Positions 1 to 13,678 of a stretch of 64,000 bases of DNA are shown here, in pieces. The translations under genes were made by a program, and so were the position numbers. The first letter of the stretch is position 1. Each line of letters begins with the position of its first letter. The stretch spans positions 154,442,001-154,506,000 of the forward strand of contig OZ024743.1 in the NCBI GenBank assembly GCA_964016885.1, written 5' to 3'. This DNA comes from Eledone cirrhosa. Lineage: Eukaryota. Below the pieces are notes generated by a model that was given only the letters and a program-made list of their open reading frames with translations, had not been told where the DNA came from and made no database searches.

Positions 1-2706
1 ATGCCTCTCACCACCACCACAATCTTAACAAACACACAGACACAGAAAACAAGTAATGACAGTAGCACAGAAATCAGAGAAATAAGAGAAAGTAATAGGA
101 TTAAAAGGAGAAGGAGATGGGAGACTAAGGACAAAGAGAATAACCAAGACGAACACACAGACACACAAAATAGGGTAGATAACAATATTGAGCCAGTGGA
201 AAGAGACAGGAGTAATTATGAGAGACATAGAAACAACCATGAAGCTGAGGCTGCTGCTGTTGGTGGAAATAGAAACAACACTAACAATAACAATAGCACT
301 AGTACACATAAAGCAGCAGCCTGGAACTCTCCGATTTATAACCCCTCCGATAAATCATTCGACCTACGACGAGTCCACGCCACGACTTTGCCATTTAACA
401 AACGCACGCAGTTGCCGTCGCAGGTCGATAAATAAACAGAAGCAAAATTTAGTATAGCTAAATCCGAACTTAGAAATATTATAGAACAGTATAGCAAGAA
501 GCATAATAGAATAGAGGCCCAGCAACTGGGAGAAGAATCTGCAAATGGCTTGCGTAAGCTCATGCAGCGCTCGCGTAATGGAGAGATAGCATGCTTTCCA
601 ACAGACAAGTCTGGCAGAATGTCGGTTGACAGCCTGCCAAACTACATCCAGGCAATGCAACCCCACATCACTAACACAAGAGAGGTAACACTACAGGAGC
701 ATGAGGATAGAGAAAAAACCCTCAATGCCCATATGGTGATGTGGACAAATATAATGCAGCCCAACAAAAGGACTGCCAACAACTTCCAGGCCTGGAACAA
801 TGACGTGCCGGCGTTGTATGGGCTTCGAAAAGACCATAAAACGGGCTGGGACCCTGTCGCGGGACCACCAACACGGCCAGTCTGTGGGGCTAACATTGCT
901 AGTAACTACAGACTGTCCTACCTCCTCTCCCTGATCATACGCCCCATCATTGAGATGTCCCCAGATGTGTGTGACAGCACGGAGGACCTCCTCAGCAGAA
1001 TCGGCGCGGGTAACCGATCTGGGGACCTAACAAACTGCATAATAGGCAGTATGTATGTTGTGTCCCTGTATCCATCTATTGACGTGGATTTTGCTGTGGA
1101 GAAATGCGTCGAAATGATCAGCGAGAGCAAGGTTGAGTTCCGTGGGATTGATACCAGTGAGATGTGACTTCTACTTAAGCTTACCCATAGTAATAGTTAC
1201 CTAGACACTTATGACCTTAGCAACCTGTGCCCTACAAGACCAGCAAGAGGCAGACCACCTACCATTACCTCAATGGCCAAGAAAACCCACACAGATAGAT
1301 GGAACGGGTGGACCAGAGCCATACGGACACCCGAAAACCACGATGAACTGAAGAAAATGATTGCACATGCGGTAGGGGCCAGCATAAAATTAACCCTTAA
1401 GGAACATATGTTCAAATTAAATGGTAAAACATATGCCCAAGAGGAAGGAGCAGCCATTGGTGTTAGCATTGCAGGCGACATAGCTAACTTATTCATGGTA
1501 TGGTGGGACAGTAGACTTAAACAAAAACTTAATGAACAATTAGAAGACAGCTTAACCCTGACAATGTACTCCCGCTACGTAGATGATATAAACATCGTAG
1601 TTAAGACACCCCCACTAAAGAACAGTCAGAAACTAGAGAAAAACACAATGGAAAGCATCCAGCAAATAGCAAACTCCATCCACCAGAGCATTAGAGTTAC
1701 TATAGACTACCCAAGTCGACACCCCAACCATCAATTACCTGTACTAGACACAGAGCTCTGGTTAGATACAATTAACAACCAAAAACAAATCCTCCATTCC
1801 CATTATGCCAAACCCATGACTTCCAAACATCTGATCCACCGAAACTCGGCCATTTCGGACCATACCAAAATCAACATACTGATTGCGGATTTGGTACGGG
1901 TGATGAGAAATGTGTCCCGCATGTGCAACCCCGAAGAACTAGAGAGACACATACAACACTTCATCCACCGTATGCAGTTCTCTGGCTACAATCAGAGAGA
2001 TAGAATCAGAGTGTATAAAGGAGCCAGAACCAAATGGGAAAAAATGGTAAATAATGACATAAATGGGACCTGCCCCTTGTATAGGAGCAAATTTTGGAAT
2101 AGAATAGAAAGAACTAAGAACAAGGCCAATAGAATAAACTCATGGTATGATAGCAATAAATACCAGAGTGTAATGTTCATCAATACAACCCCTAGAGGCG
2201 AACTAGCCTACAAATTTAGAAGGGCCCTAAAGAAACATAATCTCAATATTAAGATAGTAGAAAGACCTGGTACCTCCGTAAAAACACTTATTAGCAAGAC
2301 ATACCCGTTCCAAAGACCCTCATGTATAGATAAGAAATGTATAACCTGTAAAATAAGCCCCCATATTAACTGTAAAACTAGAAATGTAGTATATAGCATA
2401 AGATGTACTGAAGGACAATGTAGAAACAAAAATATAGTGTACATAGGTGAGACAGCTCGTAGTATAGGGGAACGAATAAATGAACACTGGCGAGACCTCC
2501 ATGATAATAAAGAATCATCTGTGCTCTACCAGCATGCTAAGATAGAACACAGAGGTAAATTAGAGAGCATAGAAATAAAAATAGAATCCACACACAAGAA
2601 AGACGCAATGTTTAGGCAAATTACAGAGGCAGTAAGCATAAAAGAATTAAAACCAAAATTAAATAGAAAATATGAGTGGAACAGCAACATCACAACTTAC
2701 AATTAA
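1..2706 (+). pseudogene. PLE RT + GIY-YIG endonuclease ORF with two in-frame stops
   Basis: Single reading frame across three ORF-track pieces; RT motif A reads GSMYV, a probable D-to-Y change at the catalytic Asp. Confidence 0.9.
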
Positions 2707-3011
2707 GGACAAAATGAAAACACACACACACATAGAACAAACAACTTACAATTGAAAACACACACAAAATGAAAACACACACAAGACAAAATGAAAACAC
2801 ACACACACATAGAACAAACAACCAACCAACAATAAATAAATAAATAAACAAACAAATAGAAAAATATAAATAGAAAAATAGAAAAATGAACACAAACACA
2901 CACAGACACCCGGATGTGGCGCATGCGCACACGGAGCACGCAACCCACACACAAACAAAATGGCGTAGGATAGAAGAAAGGAAAGGCACAGAAACGAAGA
3001 AAGAAATCCCC

Positions 3012-3056
3012 AGTCACTGAAGAGGTCACAGAGTGTGTGACGAAAGAACTATGACT
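3012..3056 (+). ncRNA. Minimal type I hammerhead ribozyme
   Basis: AGTCA-CTGAAGA-G-GTCACA gagtg TGTGAC-GAAA-gaac-TA-TGACT: stem I AGTCA/TGACT, stem II GTCACA/TGTGAC, very short stem III. Confidence 0.88.
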
Positions 3057-3265
3057 ATATATATATAAACAACTATCTGGTTGTGGAACCAACCAACCAG
3101 AAATTTATAAATTTGTAAATTTATAAATATATAATAAATTAAATTGAAGTGAAAGCAACTGGTGCGTGTGTTTCTTATTGGCAACATGACCCTCCCAAAG
3201 TATAACAATATCGGTTTCAACACACGATTTCAGATAAAGAATCTTGCTAAACAAATTCAGAAACG

Positions 3266-3267
<2 letters not shown>

Positions 3268-3361
<94 letters not shown>

Positions 3362-3425
3362 TATATATATATAATCATGATTATATATATATATATATTT
3401 AAATTTTAAATATATATATATATAC
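3268..3425. repeat. (TA)n microsatellite, representative of dozens of (TA)n/(CA)n/(GA)n tracts separating the insertions
   Basis: Direct observation; others at e.g. 12862-12938, 14392-14496, 20933-21002, 23030-23200, 37825-37983, 42303-42372, 47440-47500, 60741-60806. Confidence 0.97.
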
Positions 3426-5300
3426 AATGATCAGGTAAGAAAAATGGTCGCACATGAAATAGGGGCTAGTATCAAAACTACCCTAAAGGGCCACATATTC
3501 AAGTTCAACGAGAATATCTACACCCAAAATCAGGGAGGAGCCATTGGCGTCAGCATAGCTGGTGATGTTGCCAAACTTTTCATGGTATGGTGGGAAAGGA
3601 GACTTAAAGATCTCCTTAATGATAGCTCCATAGACCTCATCATGTACTCTCGTTACGTAGACGATTTCAATATAGTTATAAGAACATACCCACTAGAGAG
3701 CACTAACAAGTTTGATTTAGAACGTAGCACAATGGAAAGCATGCAGCAGATAGCTAATTCCACACACCAGAGTATAACTGTAACTATCGACTTTCCTTCC
3801 AAACAACCTAACAATATACTACCTGCATTAGACACGGAACTCTGGATTAACACTATAGACGAGAGAGCCCAAATTCTCCATTCACACTATGCTAAACCCA
3901 TGGCCTCCAAATACCTGATACTCAAAAGCTCAGCAACGTCCAGTAGTGCTAAGTTTAATATTCTGATCGCAGATTTGGTACGAGTGCTGAAGAACGTGTC
4001 CCGCATGTTTGACCCAACAGAAATGGAAAGACTCATCCAACACTTCATCAACCGCATGCAGTTCTCTGGCTACAACCGAAGAGACAGAGTTAGAGTATAC
4101 GAAGGAGCCATGGAGAAGTATATGACCCTCGTAGAACTGGACATGAAAGAAATTTGCCCATTATACAGGAGCAAATCATGGAATAGCTTAGATAGGGCTA
4201 GACAAAAGATAGGGAAAGCCACCTCATGGTGCTTCAACCAGAGATAGCAGAGTGTCATGTTTGTGGACGCTACCCCTGGAGGGAAATTAGCTAACCAGAG
4301 TAGAAAGGCCCTGAGAAAGACCCACTTAAAGACTAAGGTGGTAGAAAAGCCAGGAACCACCATAAAATCCCTGATCAGGAAAACCTACCCTTTTAAGAAA
4401 ACCCACTGTACTAATAGGAAATGTATCATATGTAAGGTAAACCCCCGGATAAACTGTAAAACTAGAAACGTAGTCTATAGCATAATATGTACAGAGGGTA
4501 CTTGCAGAAACATGACAACAACATACATAGGCGAGACAGTTCGTAGCATAGGTGAAAGGATAGACCAACACTGGGGGGAACTAAAAGGACGAAAAAACGG
4601 ATCAGTACTATACGAACATGCCAGACAACAACACGACGGTAACATAGACAACATAGAAATTAGAATAATATCTAAACATAGAAATGACCCAGCAGATAGG
4701 CAAATCAGAGAGGCCAGTGAGATAGAACTTAGAAGGCCAAGACAAAACAGAAAGAATGAATAGAATAACAACACCCAAACAAACAACACTGACCTAAGAG
4801 AAGTATAAATAAATAAATAAATAGATAATTAAATAAATAAATAAATACACAAGCACAGTAACAACAAACACATATAAACACACACTAGTCACCCAATCAC
4901 GAACACACATCAAACATAACATTATACACACACGCAAATGCATGCGCAAAGAGGACAAAATAAAATAAACAAACAAACAATTCAATAAATAAATATATAG
5001 ACAGACTAAATAAAAATGGCGTAGACATACAATGTAACGGGAGGAAAGAATAGCACCACTGACGATGTTGCAGATGAGCAACGTAAGATCTTTGATAAAC
5101 TATATATATGTGTTTGTGGATATATTGTATCTGTATTATTTTTGACCGTCGGTCAGTCAATGTCAACATTGAGGACCGAATAAATTAGATTACCGATATA
5201 GAAGACACAGAAGCGAAAAGCGAAAGCCAACCAAACAGTGAGTGTGTTCTGTTATTAATTCTGGCAATATTACACAAATATGACCCTCCCCAAGTATAAC
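3425..5300 (+). mobile_element. 5'-truncated PLE, sister subfamily of the 1-3270 element
   Basis: ORFs 3444-4247 and 4257-4763 are in frame across a TAG (TAC in the paralog). GGAIG, RYVDD, NVVY..YIGET motifs. Flanked by (TA)n on both sides. Confidence 0.92.
5055..5096 (+). ncRNA. Degenerate hammerhead ribozyme (GAAA reads GTAA)
   Basis: CTGACGA-T-GTTGC agatga GCAAC-GTAA-GATC-TT; homolog at 15405 retains GAAA. Confidence 0.65.
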
Positions 5301-5324
5301 AATATATATATATATATCTATATA

Positions 5325-6005
5325 TTAGAATTGGTGCTCTGAAATAGTTATATATATATATGAATGTATATATAGTGTATTTTGCAATACAATGTATGCT
5401 TAATTAAAATCATTTCGAAGACCTTATGCTATTGTTTTAGAGTAGTGACAGACTCACTTACTTTAATTTCAGCAAACAGGGGGAGATAAAGCTGACAAGG
5501 CCTTGTTTCGCATTTATTGATGCTTATCAAAGCCAACTACTCCTACTGCTGCTGTATTTTGCAATACACTGTATGCTTAATTAAAAGCATTTCGAGTCTG
5601 TCACTACTCTAAAACAATAGCATAAGGTCTTCGAAATGCTTTTAATTAAGCATACAATGTATTGCAAAATAGACTACATATACATTCATATATATATAGC
5701 TATTTCAGAGCACCAATTCTAATCTTCAATATCTGCTTGACCGGCAATCGCTCTGTATAATCAGTTCCTGATTATTTACTATAATTCTATAAGAACCAAA
5801 TATCCATGATTTCAGCAGACAGGAGGAGTAGTTGGCTTTGATAAGCATCAATAAATGCAAAACAAGGCCTTGTCAGCTTTTTCTCCCCTGTTTGCTTAAA
5901 TTAAAGTAGATGATTCTGTCACTACTCTAAAACAATATCATAAGGTCTTCGAAATGCTTTTAATTAAGCATACAGTGTATTACAAAATACACTATATATC
6001 CATTC

Positions 6006-6010
<5 letters not shown>
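5325..6010. repeat. ~318-bp HHR-containing non-coding repeat in inverted plus tandem arrangement (retrozyme-like family A)
   Basis: CTGTCACTACTCT at 5598 and 5916 (period 318); 5325-5592 is reverse-complement sequence of the same unit; (TA)n flanks. Confidence 0.8.
5490..5534 (-). ncRNA. Hammerhead ribozyme, U3-A8 core variant
   Basis: Minus strand GGCT-TTGATAA-GCAT caataa ATGC-GAAA-CAAGGCCTTG-TC-AGCT; palindromic stem III ACAAGGCCTTGT. The plus-strand copy at 5834-5878 has GAAA changed to AAAA. Confidence 0.8.
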
Positions 6011-6036
<26 letters not shown>

Positions 6037-6313
6037 TCAAGTAAGTATGTTTTGAAACAGTGAGCAGGTTTGAAATGAGTAAATAGAATAGCTTTCACCG
6101 TATTTTTGAGTAAAAGGATTTTATCCTGATAATGGAGTTTAGAACCCTCAGATAAATGTAAAAAGATGAGTATTGACCTACTTACTTGCCATTTAAGCTC
6201 GCTAAGAATGTAGCTTCTAATTTGAATGGAAACATATGGGTGAGGTGTTGGCGTAACGGTAGCATATATATATATAATATGAGATCAAAAGATGGTTAAA
6301 GGAGTTCCATGTA

Positions 6314-6380
6314 TTTTATTATGTGCATTTCAAAAACAAACATCGTCATGCAATAATATTTGTGTTTTCATCAGATAAAA
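6314..6380 (-). ncRNA. Hammerhead ribozyme in PLE 3' end
   Basis: TTTTAT-CTGATGA-AAACACAAATATT...GATGTTTGTTTTT-GAAA-TGCACA-TA-ATAAAA. Confidence 0.82.
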
Positions 6381-7404
6381 CAGGAGAACATGATATGAAG
6401 GCTAAAAAACACTTGTGGATAGTGCAGTTTTAAATCAACATATGAAAAGTGGTTTTAGATTGATGTGTGATATTGGGAAAAATATTTTATTTAGAGAGGG
6501 GGGGTGGAAAGGATGAAAAAGGGGAGGAGATGAGAGGGAGAGATGGGTGATAGAGAGAAAGAGATAGTTTTTATAACTGAGAGGAGATATATTGTTTTAC
6601 ATAGAGAGGTTGAAAACCGTTGGAAGATAATGTATAAATTAAACAAATTTGAAAATTAACGAAGGGAGGATATGTGCGAGGAAAAAATATTTTATTTAGG
6701 GAGGGGGGGGGGATGAAAAAAGGGGGAGGAGATAAGAGTGAAGGTGGAGAGGGAGAGATGGGTGATAGAGAGAAAGAGATAGTTTTTATAACTGAGAAAA
6801 AGATATATTGTTTTACATAGAGAGGTTGAGAACCGTTGGAAGATAATGTATAAATTAAAGGAATTTGAAAATTAACGTAGGGAATTTATGTATGAAGATA
6901 GAGAGAAAAAATAATAATTGTGGATGAATATTCTAACGTCAAAAAAAGTGTATGTTGATATGTATTGTGGCAATTTCAAAATTAACGAAGAGAAAAGTTA
7001 TTAAGGTTTGTGTGTAGAACGATTTGAGAAAAATAATGTGAAGTTAAAGTTTGTATATTGAAGGAATTGATAATATATGCGAATAAAGAGTTAATATGTA
7101 TTAAGAATGAGTTCGTTGATGGGGAGAAAAAAATAATAAATTAAGGATGAAATTGAGATTAAAAAGATTTATGATAGAGAGAAAAAATAATAATGATTGC
7201 GGATGAATATTCTAACGTAAAAAAAACAAATGTATATGTTATGAATGATTTTACAAGGTGAAGATAGAATGAGTTTAATGAGTAAACAAGTATTATAGAG
7301 TGTATAATGCCCTTTAAAGTAAGGTAGGAAGATGGGTATGTTTTAAACAGGTGTATGTATATGTGTCTTTGAGAAAAGATTCTAAATTGATAAAGAATTG
7401 AATA

Positions 7405-9244
7405 TTAACTGTATACTTTGTGAAAAGTCCTATGGAATTTATGCAGGCAGATAGAAAACAAATCTGTACGTCTATTTATTATATAATCTAGGTTAGAGAT
7501 AATGGTAAATTTTTCATTTAGGCAGAGATTACAGATTTTAGATAGAGAGCTGTTCAAGTATGAGGATGCAGAAGAAACCTTCTTCCAAAAGATGGTATAT
7601 TTAATGTTTTTGTCTTTTAAGGACCATATGAGTTCTGAGAGAGCAGTGTTGGTTCTTTTAAGTTTGTATTTGAAAGATGAATGATGATTATAGAGACGAG
7701 CTTTAAAAGTGGTGGAACTGGAGCCAAAATAGGTGAAGGAATTGGTGCTAGTTATAATTTTACATTCATAAATTAAGTTTTTATCGAGACAATGGTTGTT
7801 GAGAGGACATTTATTTTTAATGCGGCAGTTGCAATTAGAGAGATTATTAATGAGTGACCTAGTGTTATCTATAGAAGGAATTGGATTGGAGAAGTTGTTT
7901 GCGATAGGAATAATAGGAATAATATTTTCTTGATTAAGAGTTGGATTATGAACATTTAGCGAAGTTGTGTTTGACGTTGTATTTGGGTTTACAGAAGTTA
8001 GCCTAGGGTTTACAATGACGTCGGGAGTACTATTACTGTTATTATGAAATTCAATGTTGGAAGGAAGATATTTAGTATTTAGTATTTTATTGCTGTGTTT
8101 AGAGATGATGTTGGAAATATTGGAGGATGTAGAATAAGAAAATTTGATGGCGTATTTGTTAAATATTTTACTATAGATATGTGAGGGAGGGAAGCATTTA
8201 TTTAAGGCACTAAAAAATAATTTAGGAATATTGTTATTAATAGAGATGGAGAAAGGAGCATTATACCAGATTATGTTTTTGTATCTAGGTCTTTTATTAA
8301 AATTATTGGGATGATCATGATTAATTATTCTACTGTAAGTTTTTCTAGAATTTGTTTCTTTACTATATTTGATTTTATCTGGATAGCCGGCTTTAGAAAG
8401 TGCGTTATTATAGTAATTGGCGTTAGCATCAAAGATGTTTTTATTAGAGGATATGTTAGATATTCTTTTTCCAATATTACTAACTAAAGCATTCTTGATA
8501 TTGGTAGGATGGTTAGATTTAAAGTTAACATAATTTAGGTTCTCATTGTTTTTATGGTAAGGGTAATATAGGCCAGTGTTAAGATTAAGAGATACATCCA
8601 AGAAATTAGCTAGTTTGATACTATTATCAAATTCAATTTTTAGGTTATGTTGGTTAAAGAGATTGCGTATATTGTTCTTAATAATATTAAGGTTAACTAT
8701 ATTGCAATTTAGGATAGTAAAGAGTCCATCGTCACGATAAATTCCACCGCGAAGTTGAGGAATTTTCCGACTCAAAGAGTTCAAAATGAAGATACCAATT
8801 AAATCAGTCAATTGGGATGAATCAGATGCTCCCATTGTGATGTCGAAGTTGTTAGAGATATTGGCTCTGGTCCAATATTCGTTGTTGAACTCTAGGATGA
8901 TTTTACGTGCGGTGAGGATGATGTGAAGTTCATCTGTGGTGATGTCAGAATATTTAAGTGCGAAAGATAGAGCATTATTGAGAAGTGAAGGCGAAATGGA
9001 GGAATAGTAGCTGGCAATATCAAATTGAATAAATTTTAGTTTGTTTTTATTATCCAATTTGTTGAACCAGCCAATCACCTCAGAAATACCAAACCATAAA
9101 TTTAGGTTCAAAGAAGAGCAATTAGAACTAACCTGTGGGATAATTCTATCCAAGATGGCTTTACTAACAACCCCCAGATCAGATTTAGAGGGGGCGATTA
9201 ATCTAACAGGTAGTTCAGTGCGAAAATTGTTTTTGTGATCCTTG
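7405..9244 (-). CDS. PLE RT-GIY-YIG protein, N-terminally truncated but uninterrupted to the stop codon
   Basis: 582-aa ORF in the track with all RT core motifs and a complete endonuclease. Confidence 0.8.
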
Positions 9245-9252
9245 GGATTTAT

Positions 9253-12200
9253 TACAACATAACCAATTCAACTAAAGACATTCCTATACCTGGTAAATCT
9301 GAATTCACCAAACTTCTTATTGAAAGAACTGACTCCTTTGTAAGAAGACTTAGATGGACAGCCTATTTCTATGACCAGCGCCTAAAAGGGAACTTCCATA
9401 CCAAAGAACATAACTTCCTCGATCATCTTTTTAATTCTAGACGAAATCCTCCTTCCAACAAAAATCTAGTACAATTCGAGGAAGAATTAACTAAAATAAT
9501 AAAAAATCTTAAATTCAAGAGATACCTTTACAAAGGACAAGAGCACCTTGTAAATCTCAAGAACACAATCTCTAACCTAAATTCCTCAAAAAATGTTTTA
9601 GTCCACTCTGACAAAACCAATAACTTATATGGTATTTCCAAGGATAATTATAACAACCTTATCCTAAAAGAACTTAGGAAAAAGTATCGTAAAACCAACC
9701 ATGAAAATTTAGAATACATAAACCTTGAAGCCACTGAGATTATGTCAAAACTTGGCATTGAAAAAAAGACCGAACCATTCCTCCCAAGAACTCCGAGGAT
9801 AAATCTCAAGGATCACAAAAACAATTTTCGCACCGAACTACCTGTTAGATTAATCGCCCCCTCTAAATCTGATCTGGGGGTTGTTAGTAAAGCCATCTTG
9901 GATAGAATTATCCCACAGGTTAGTTCTAATTGCTCTTCTTTGAACCTAAATTTATGGTTTGGTACTTCTGAGGTGATTGGCTGGTTCAACAAATTGGATA
10001 ATAAAAACAAACTAAAATTTATTCAATTTGATATTGCCAGCTACTATTCCTCCATTTCGCCTTCACTTCTCAATAATGCTCTATCTTTCGCACTTAAATA
10101 TTCTGACATCACCACAGATGAATTTCGCATCATCCTCACCGCACGTAAAACCATCCTAGAGTTCAACAACGAATATTGGACCAGAGCCGATACCTCTAAC
10201 AACTTCGACATCACAATGGGAGCATCTGATTCATCCCAATTGACTGATTTAATTGGTATCTTCATTTTGAACTCTTTGAGTCGGAAAATTCCTCAACTTC
10301 GCGGTGGAATTTATCGTGACGATGGACTCTTTACTATCCTAAATTGCAATATAGTTAACCTTAATATTATTAAGAACAATATACGTAATCTCTTTAACCA
10401 ACATAACCTAAAAATTGAATTTGATAATAGTATCAAACTAGCTAATTTCTTGGATGTATCTCTTAATCTTAACACTGGCCTATATTACCCTTACCATAAA
10501 AACAATGAGAACCTAAATTATGTTAACTTTAAATCTAACCATCCTACCAATATCAAGAATGCTTTAGTTAGTAATATTGGAAAAAGAATATCTAACATAT
10601 CCTCTAATAAAAACATCTTTGATGCTAACGCCAATTACTATAATAACGCACTTTCTAAAGCCGGCTATCCAGATAAAATCAAATATAGTAAAGAAACAAA
10701 TTCTAGAAAAACTTACAGTAGAATAATTAATCATGATCATCCCAATAATTTTAATAAAAGACCTAGATACAAAAACATGATCTGGTATAATGCTCCTTTC
10801 TCCATCTCTATTAATAACAATATTCCTAAATTATTTTTTAGTGCCTTAAATAAATGCTTCCCTCCCTCACATATCTATAGTAAAATATTTAACAAACACA
10901 CCATCAAATTTTCTTATTCTACATCCTCCAATATTTCCAACATCATCTCTAAACACAACAATAAAATACTAAATACTAAATCTCTTCCTTCCAACATTGA
11001 ATTTCATAATAACAGTAATAGTACTCCCGACGTCATTGTAAATCCTAGGCTAACTTCTGTAAACCCAAATACAACGTCAAACACAACTTCGCTAAATGTT
11101 CATAATCCAACTCTAAATAGAAGAAACTATTATTCCTATTATTCCTATCGCAAACAACCTCTCCAATCCAATTCCTTCTATAGATAACACTAGGTCACTC
11201 ATTAATAATCTCTCTAATTGCAACTCCCGCATTGAAAATAAATGTCCTCTCAACAACCATTGTCTCGATAAAAACTTAATTTATGAATGTAAAATTATAA
11301 CTAGCACCAATTCCTTCACCTATTTTGGCTCCAGTTCCACCACTTTTAAAGCTCGTCTCTATAATCATCATTCATCTTTCAAATACAAACTTAAAAGAAC
11401 CAACACTGCTCTCTCAGAACTCATATGGTCCTTAATAGACAAAAACATTAAATATACCATCTTTTGGAAGAAGGTTTCTTCTGCATCCTCATACTTGAAC
11501 AGCTCTCTATCTAAAATCTGTAATCTCTGCCTAAATGAAAAATTTACCATTATCTCTAACCTAGATTATATAATAAATAGACGTACAGATTTGTTTTCTA
11601 TCTGCCTGCATAAATTCCATAGGACTTTTCACAAAGTATACAGTTAATATTCAATTCTTTATCAATTTAGAATCTTTTCTCAAAGGCACATATACATACA
11701 CCTGTTTAAAATATACCCATCTTCCTACCTTACTCTAAAGGGCATTATACACTCTATAATACTTGTTTACTCATTAAACTTATTCTATCTTCACCTTGTA
11801 AAATCATTCATAACATATACATTTGTTTTTTTGACGTTAGACTATTCATCCGCAATCATTATTATATTTTCTCTCTATCATAAATCTTTTTAATCTCAAT
11901 TTCATCCTTAATTTATTATTTTTTTCTCCCCATCAACGAACTCATTCTTAATACATATTAACTCTTTATTCGCATATATTATCAATTCTTTCAATATACA
12001 AACTTTAACTTCACATTATTTTTCTCAAATCGTTCTACACACAAACCTTAATAATTTTTCTCTTCGTTAATTTTGAAATTGCCACAATACTTATCAACAT
12101 AAACTTTTTTTGACGTTAGAATATTCATCCACAATTATTATTTTTTCTCTCTATCTTCATACATAAATTCCCTTCGTTAATTTTCAAATTGCTTTAATTT

Positions 12201-12773
12201 ATACATTATCTTCCAACGGTTCTCAACCTCTCTATATAAAAAATATATCATTTTCTCAGTTATAAAAAAATATCTCTTTCTCTCTATCACCCATCTCTCC
12301 CTCTCCACCTTCACTCTCATCTCCTCCCCCTTTTTTCTCCCCCCCCCTCCCTAAATAAAATATTTTTTCCTCGCACCCATCCTAGCTTCGTTAATTTTCA
12401 ATTTGTTTTAATTTATATATTATCTTCCAACGGTTTTCAACCTCTCTATGTAAAACAATATATCTCCTCTCAGTTATAAAAACTATCTCTTTCTCTCTAT
12501 CACCCATCTCTCCCTCTCATCTCCTCCCTTTTTTCATCCTCCCCCCCCCTCTCTAAATAAAATATTTTTCCCAATATCACACGTCAATCTAAAACCACTT
12601 TTCATATGTTGATTTAAAACTGCACTATCCACAAGTGTTTTTTAGACTTCATATCATGTTCTCCTGTTTTATTTGATGAAAACACAAATATTATTGCATG
12701 ATGATGTTTGTTTTTGAAATGCGCATAATAAAATACATGGAACTCCTTTAACCATCTTTTGATCTCATATTAT
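9253..12773 (+). mobile_element. Naiad-like PLE, nearly full-length ORF (~9253-11647) with one frameshift near 11120, plus ~1.1-kb 3' UTR
   Basis: 650-aa ORF with N-terminal STKDIPIP...RRLRW, SDKT, FDIASYY, YRDD; EN continues in another frame; stop TAA 11645-11647. Confidence 0.95.
12667..12733 (+). ncRNA. Hammerhead ribozyme copy with C3U change (TTGATGA)
   Basis: Mirror of 6314-6380; stem III palindrome ATGCGCAT. Confidence 0.65.
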
Positions 12774-12859
12774 GTATACTCCAGTCCTACAAACTGTAGA
12801 GTGCTTCTTATCGGATATCTGCATTGCTTTATTGTACTACAATAAAACTCACCTCCTAC

Positions 12860-12937
<78 letters not shown>

Positions 12938-12942
<5 letters not shown>

Positions 12943-13631
12943 GGAAAAAAAACGACGAAATTTCATATGCCACTCTTAGTACGGCTGTTACTTAAATATA
13001 AGTATGTACACGTACATACATATATGTATACAGACGTACAGTAGTATGTATATATATATATACGTGCACACATATATATATGTACGTATGGATTCACAGA
13101 ACATTTATTTTAATGCTCGGTGTCTTTGTAAACAAACATCCCGTATTAAGCTGTAGTGTCGAGCAACCATCGTTGCTCGTTTGTTCAACACTGACAAAGG
13201 AACGCTGTACTAGTTTCAAGCTTATTAGCTATCGTCAGCAACGTATACCTTCCTGCCAGATTGTTGAATGTATATACTTACCTTATGCATATTAACGGCC
13301 TGAGTAGCCCAACTTGCATATCGAGTGGGTTAATCGGCCGGGTACACCGAAAAGTATAAACGGAAAAAAATGAAACGAAATTTCATTTCCCACTCTTAGT
13401 ACGGCTGTTACTTAAATATAAGTATGTACACGTACATACATATATGTATACAGACGTACAGTAGTATGTATACCTTCCTGCCAGATTGTTGAACGTACAA
13501 ACACACCGAGCATTATAATACATTTTCGGTGAATCCATACGTACATATATATATATATGTGTGCATGTATGTATTTATATATACATACTACTGTACGTCT
13601 GTATACATATATGTATGTACGTGTACATACT

Positions 13632-13678
<47 letters not shown>

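Larger units (their letters stand above)
1..3270 (+). mobile_element. Penelope-like retroelement (Neptune/Nematis-like), near full-length, decayed; 5' end may lie outside the window
   Basis: ORFs 1-435, 550-1167 and 1273-2706 share one frame, broken by TAA (433) and TGA (1165). RT motifs TDKSG, SLYPSID, GAAIG, RYVDD; Cys-rich linker; GIY-YIG NVVY...YIGET.R...R..EH. 3' pLTR with HHR ends at (TA)n. Confidence 0.93.
6274..9252 (-). mobile_element. Naiad-like PLE, inverted 5'-truncated arm (reverse complement of 9799-12773)
   Basis: ORF 7405-9153 (open from ~9244): FDIASYYSSI, MGASDS, YRDDG, CNCR..CPL..C, IY..YFG, CNLC, CLH; near-identical to the plus arm. Confidence 0.95.

Noticed and set aside
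1165-1167. In-frame TGA in a PLE ORF as possible selenocysteine recoding (reported for some Naiad PLEs)
   Set aside because: Context EM*LLL fits a GGA-to-TGA nonsense change rather than a Cys position. The same copy has a TAA stop and a probable catalytic D-to-Y change. Other in-frame stops examined in the PLE ORFs are TAA/TAG, and I saw no SECIS.
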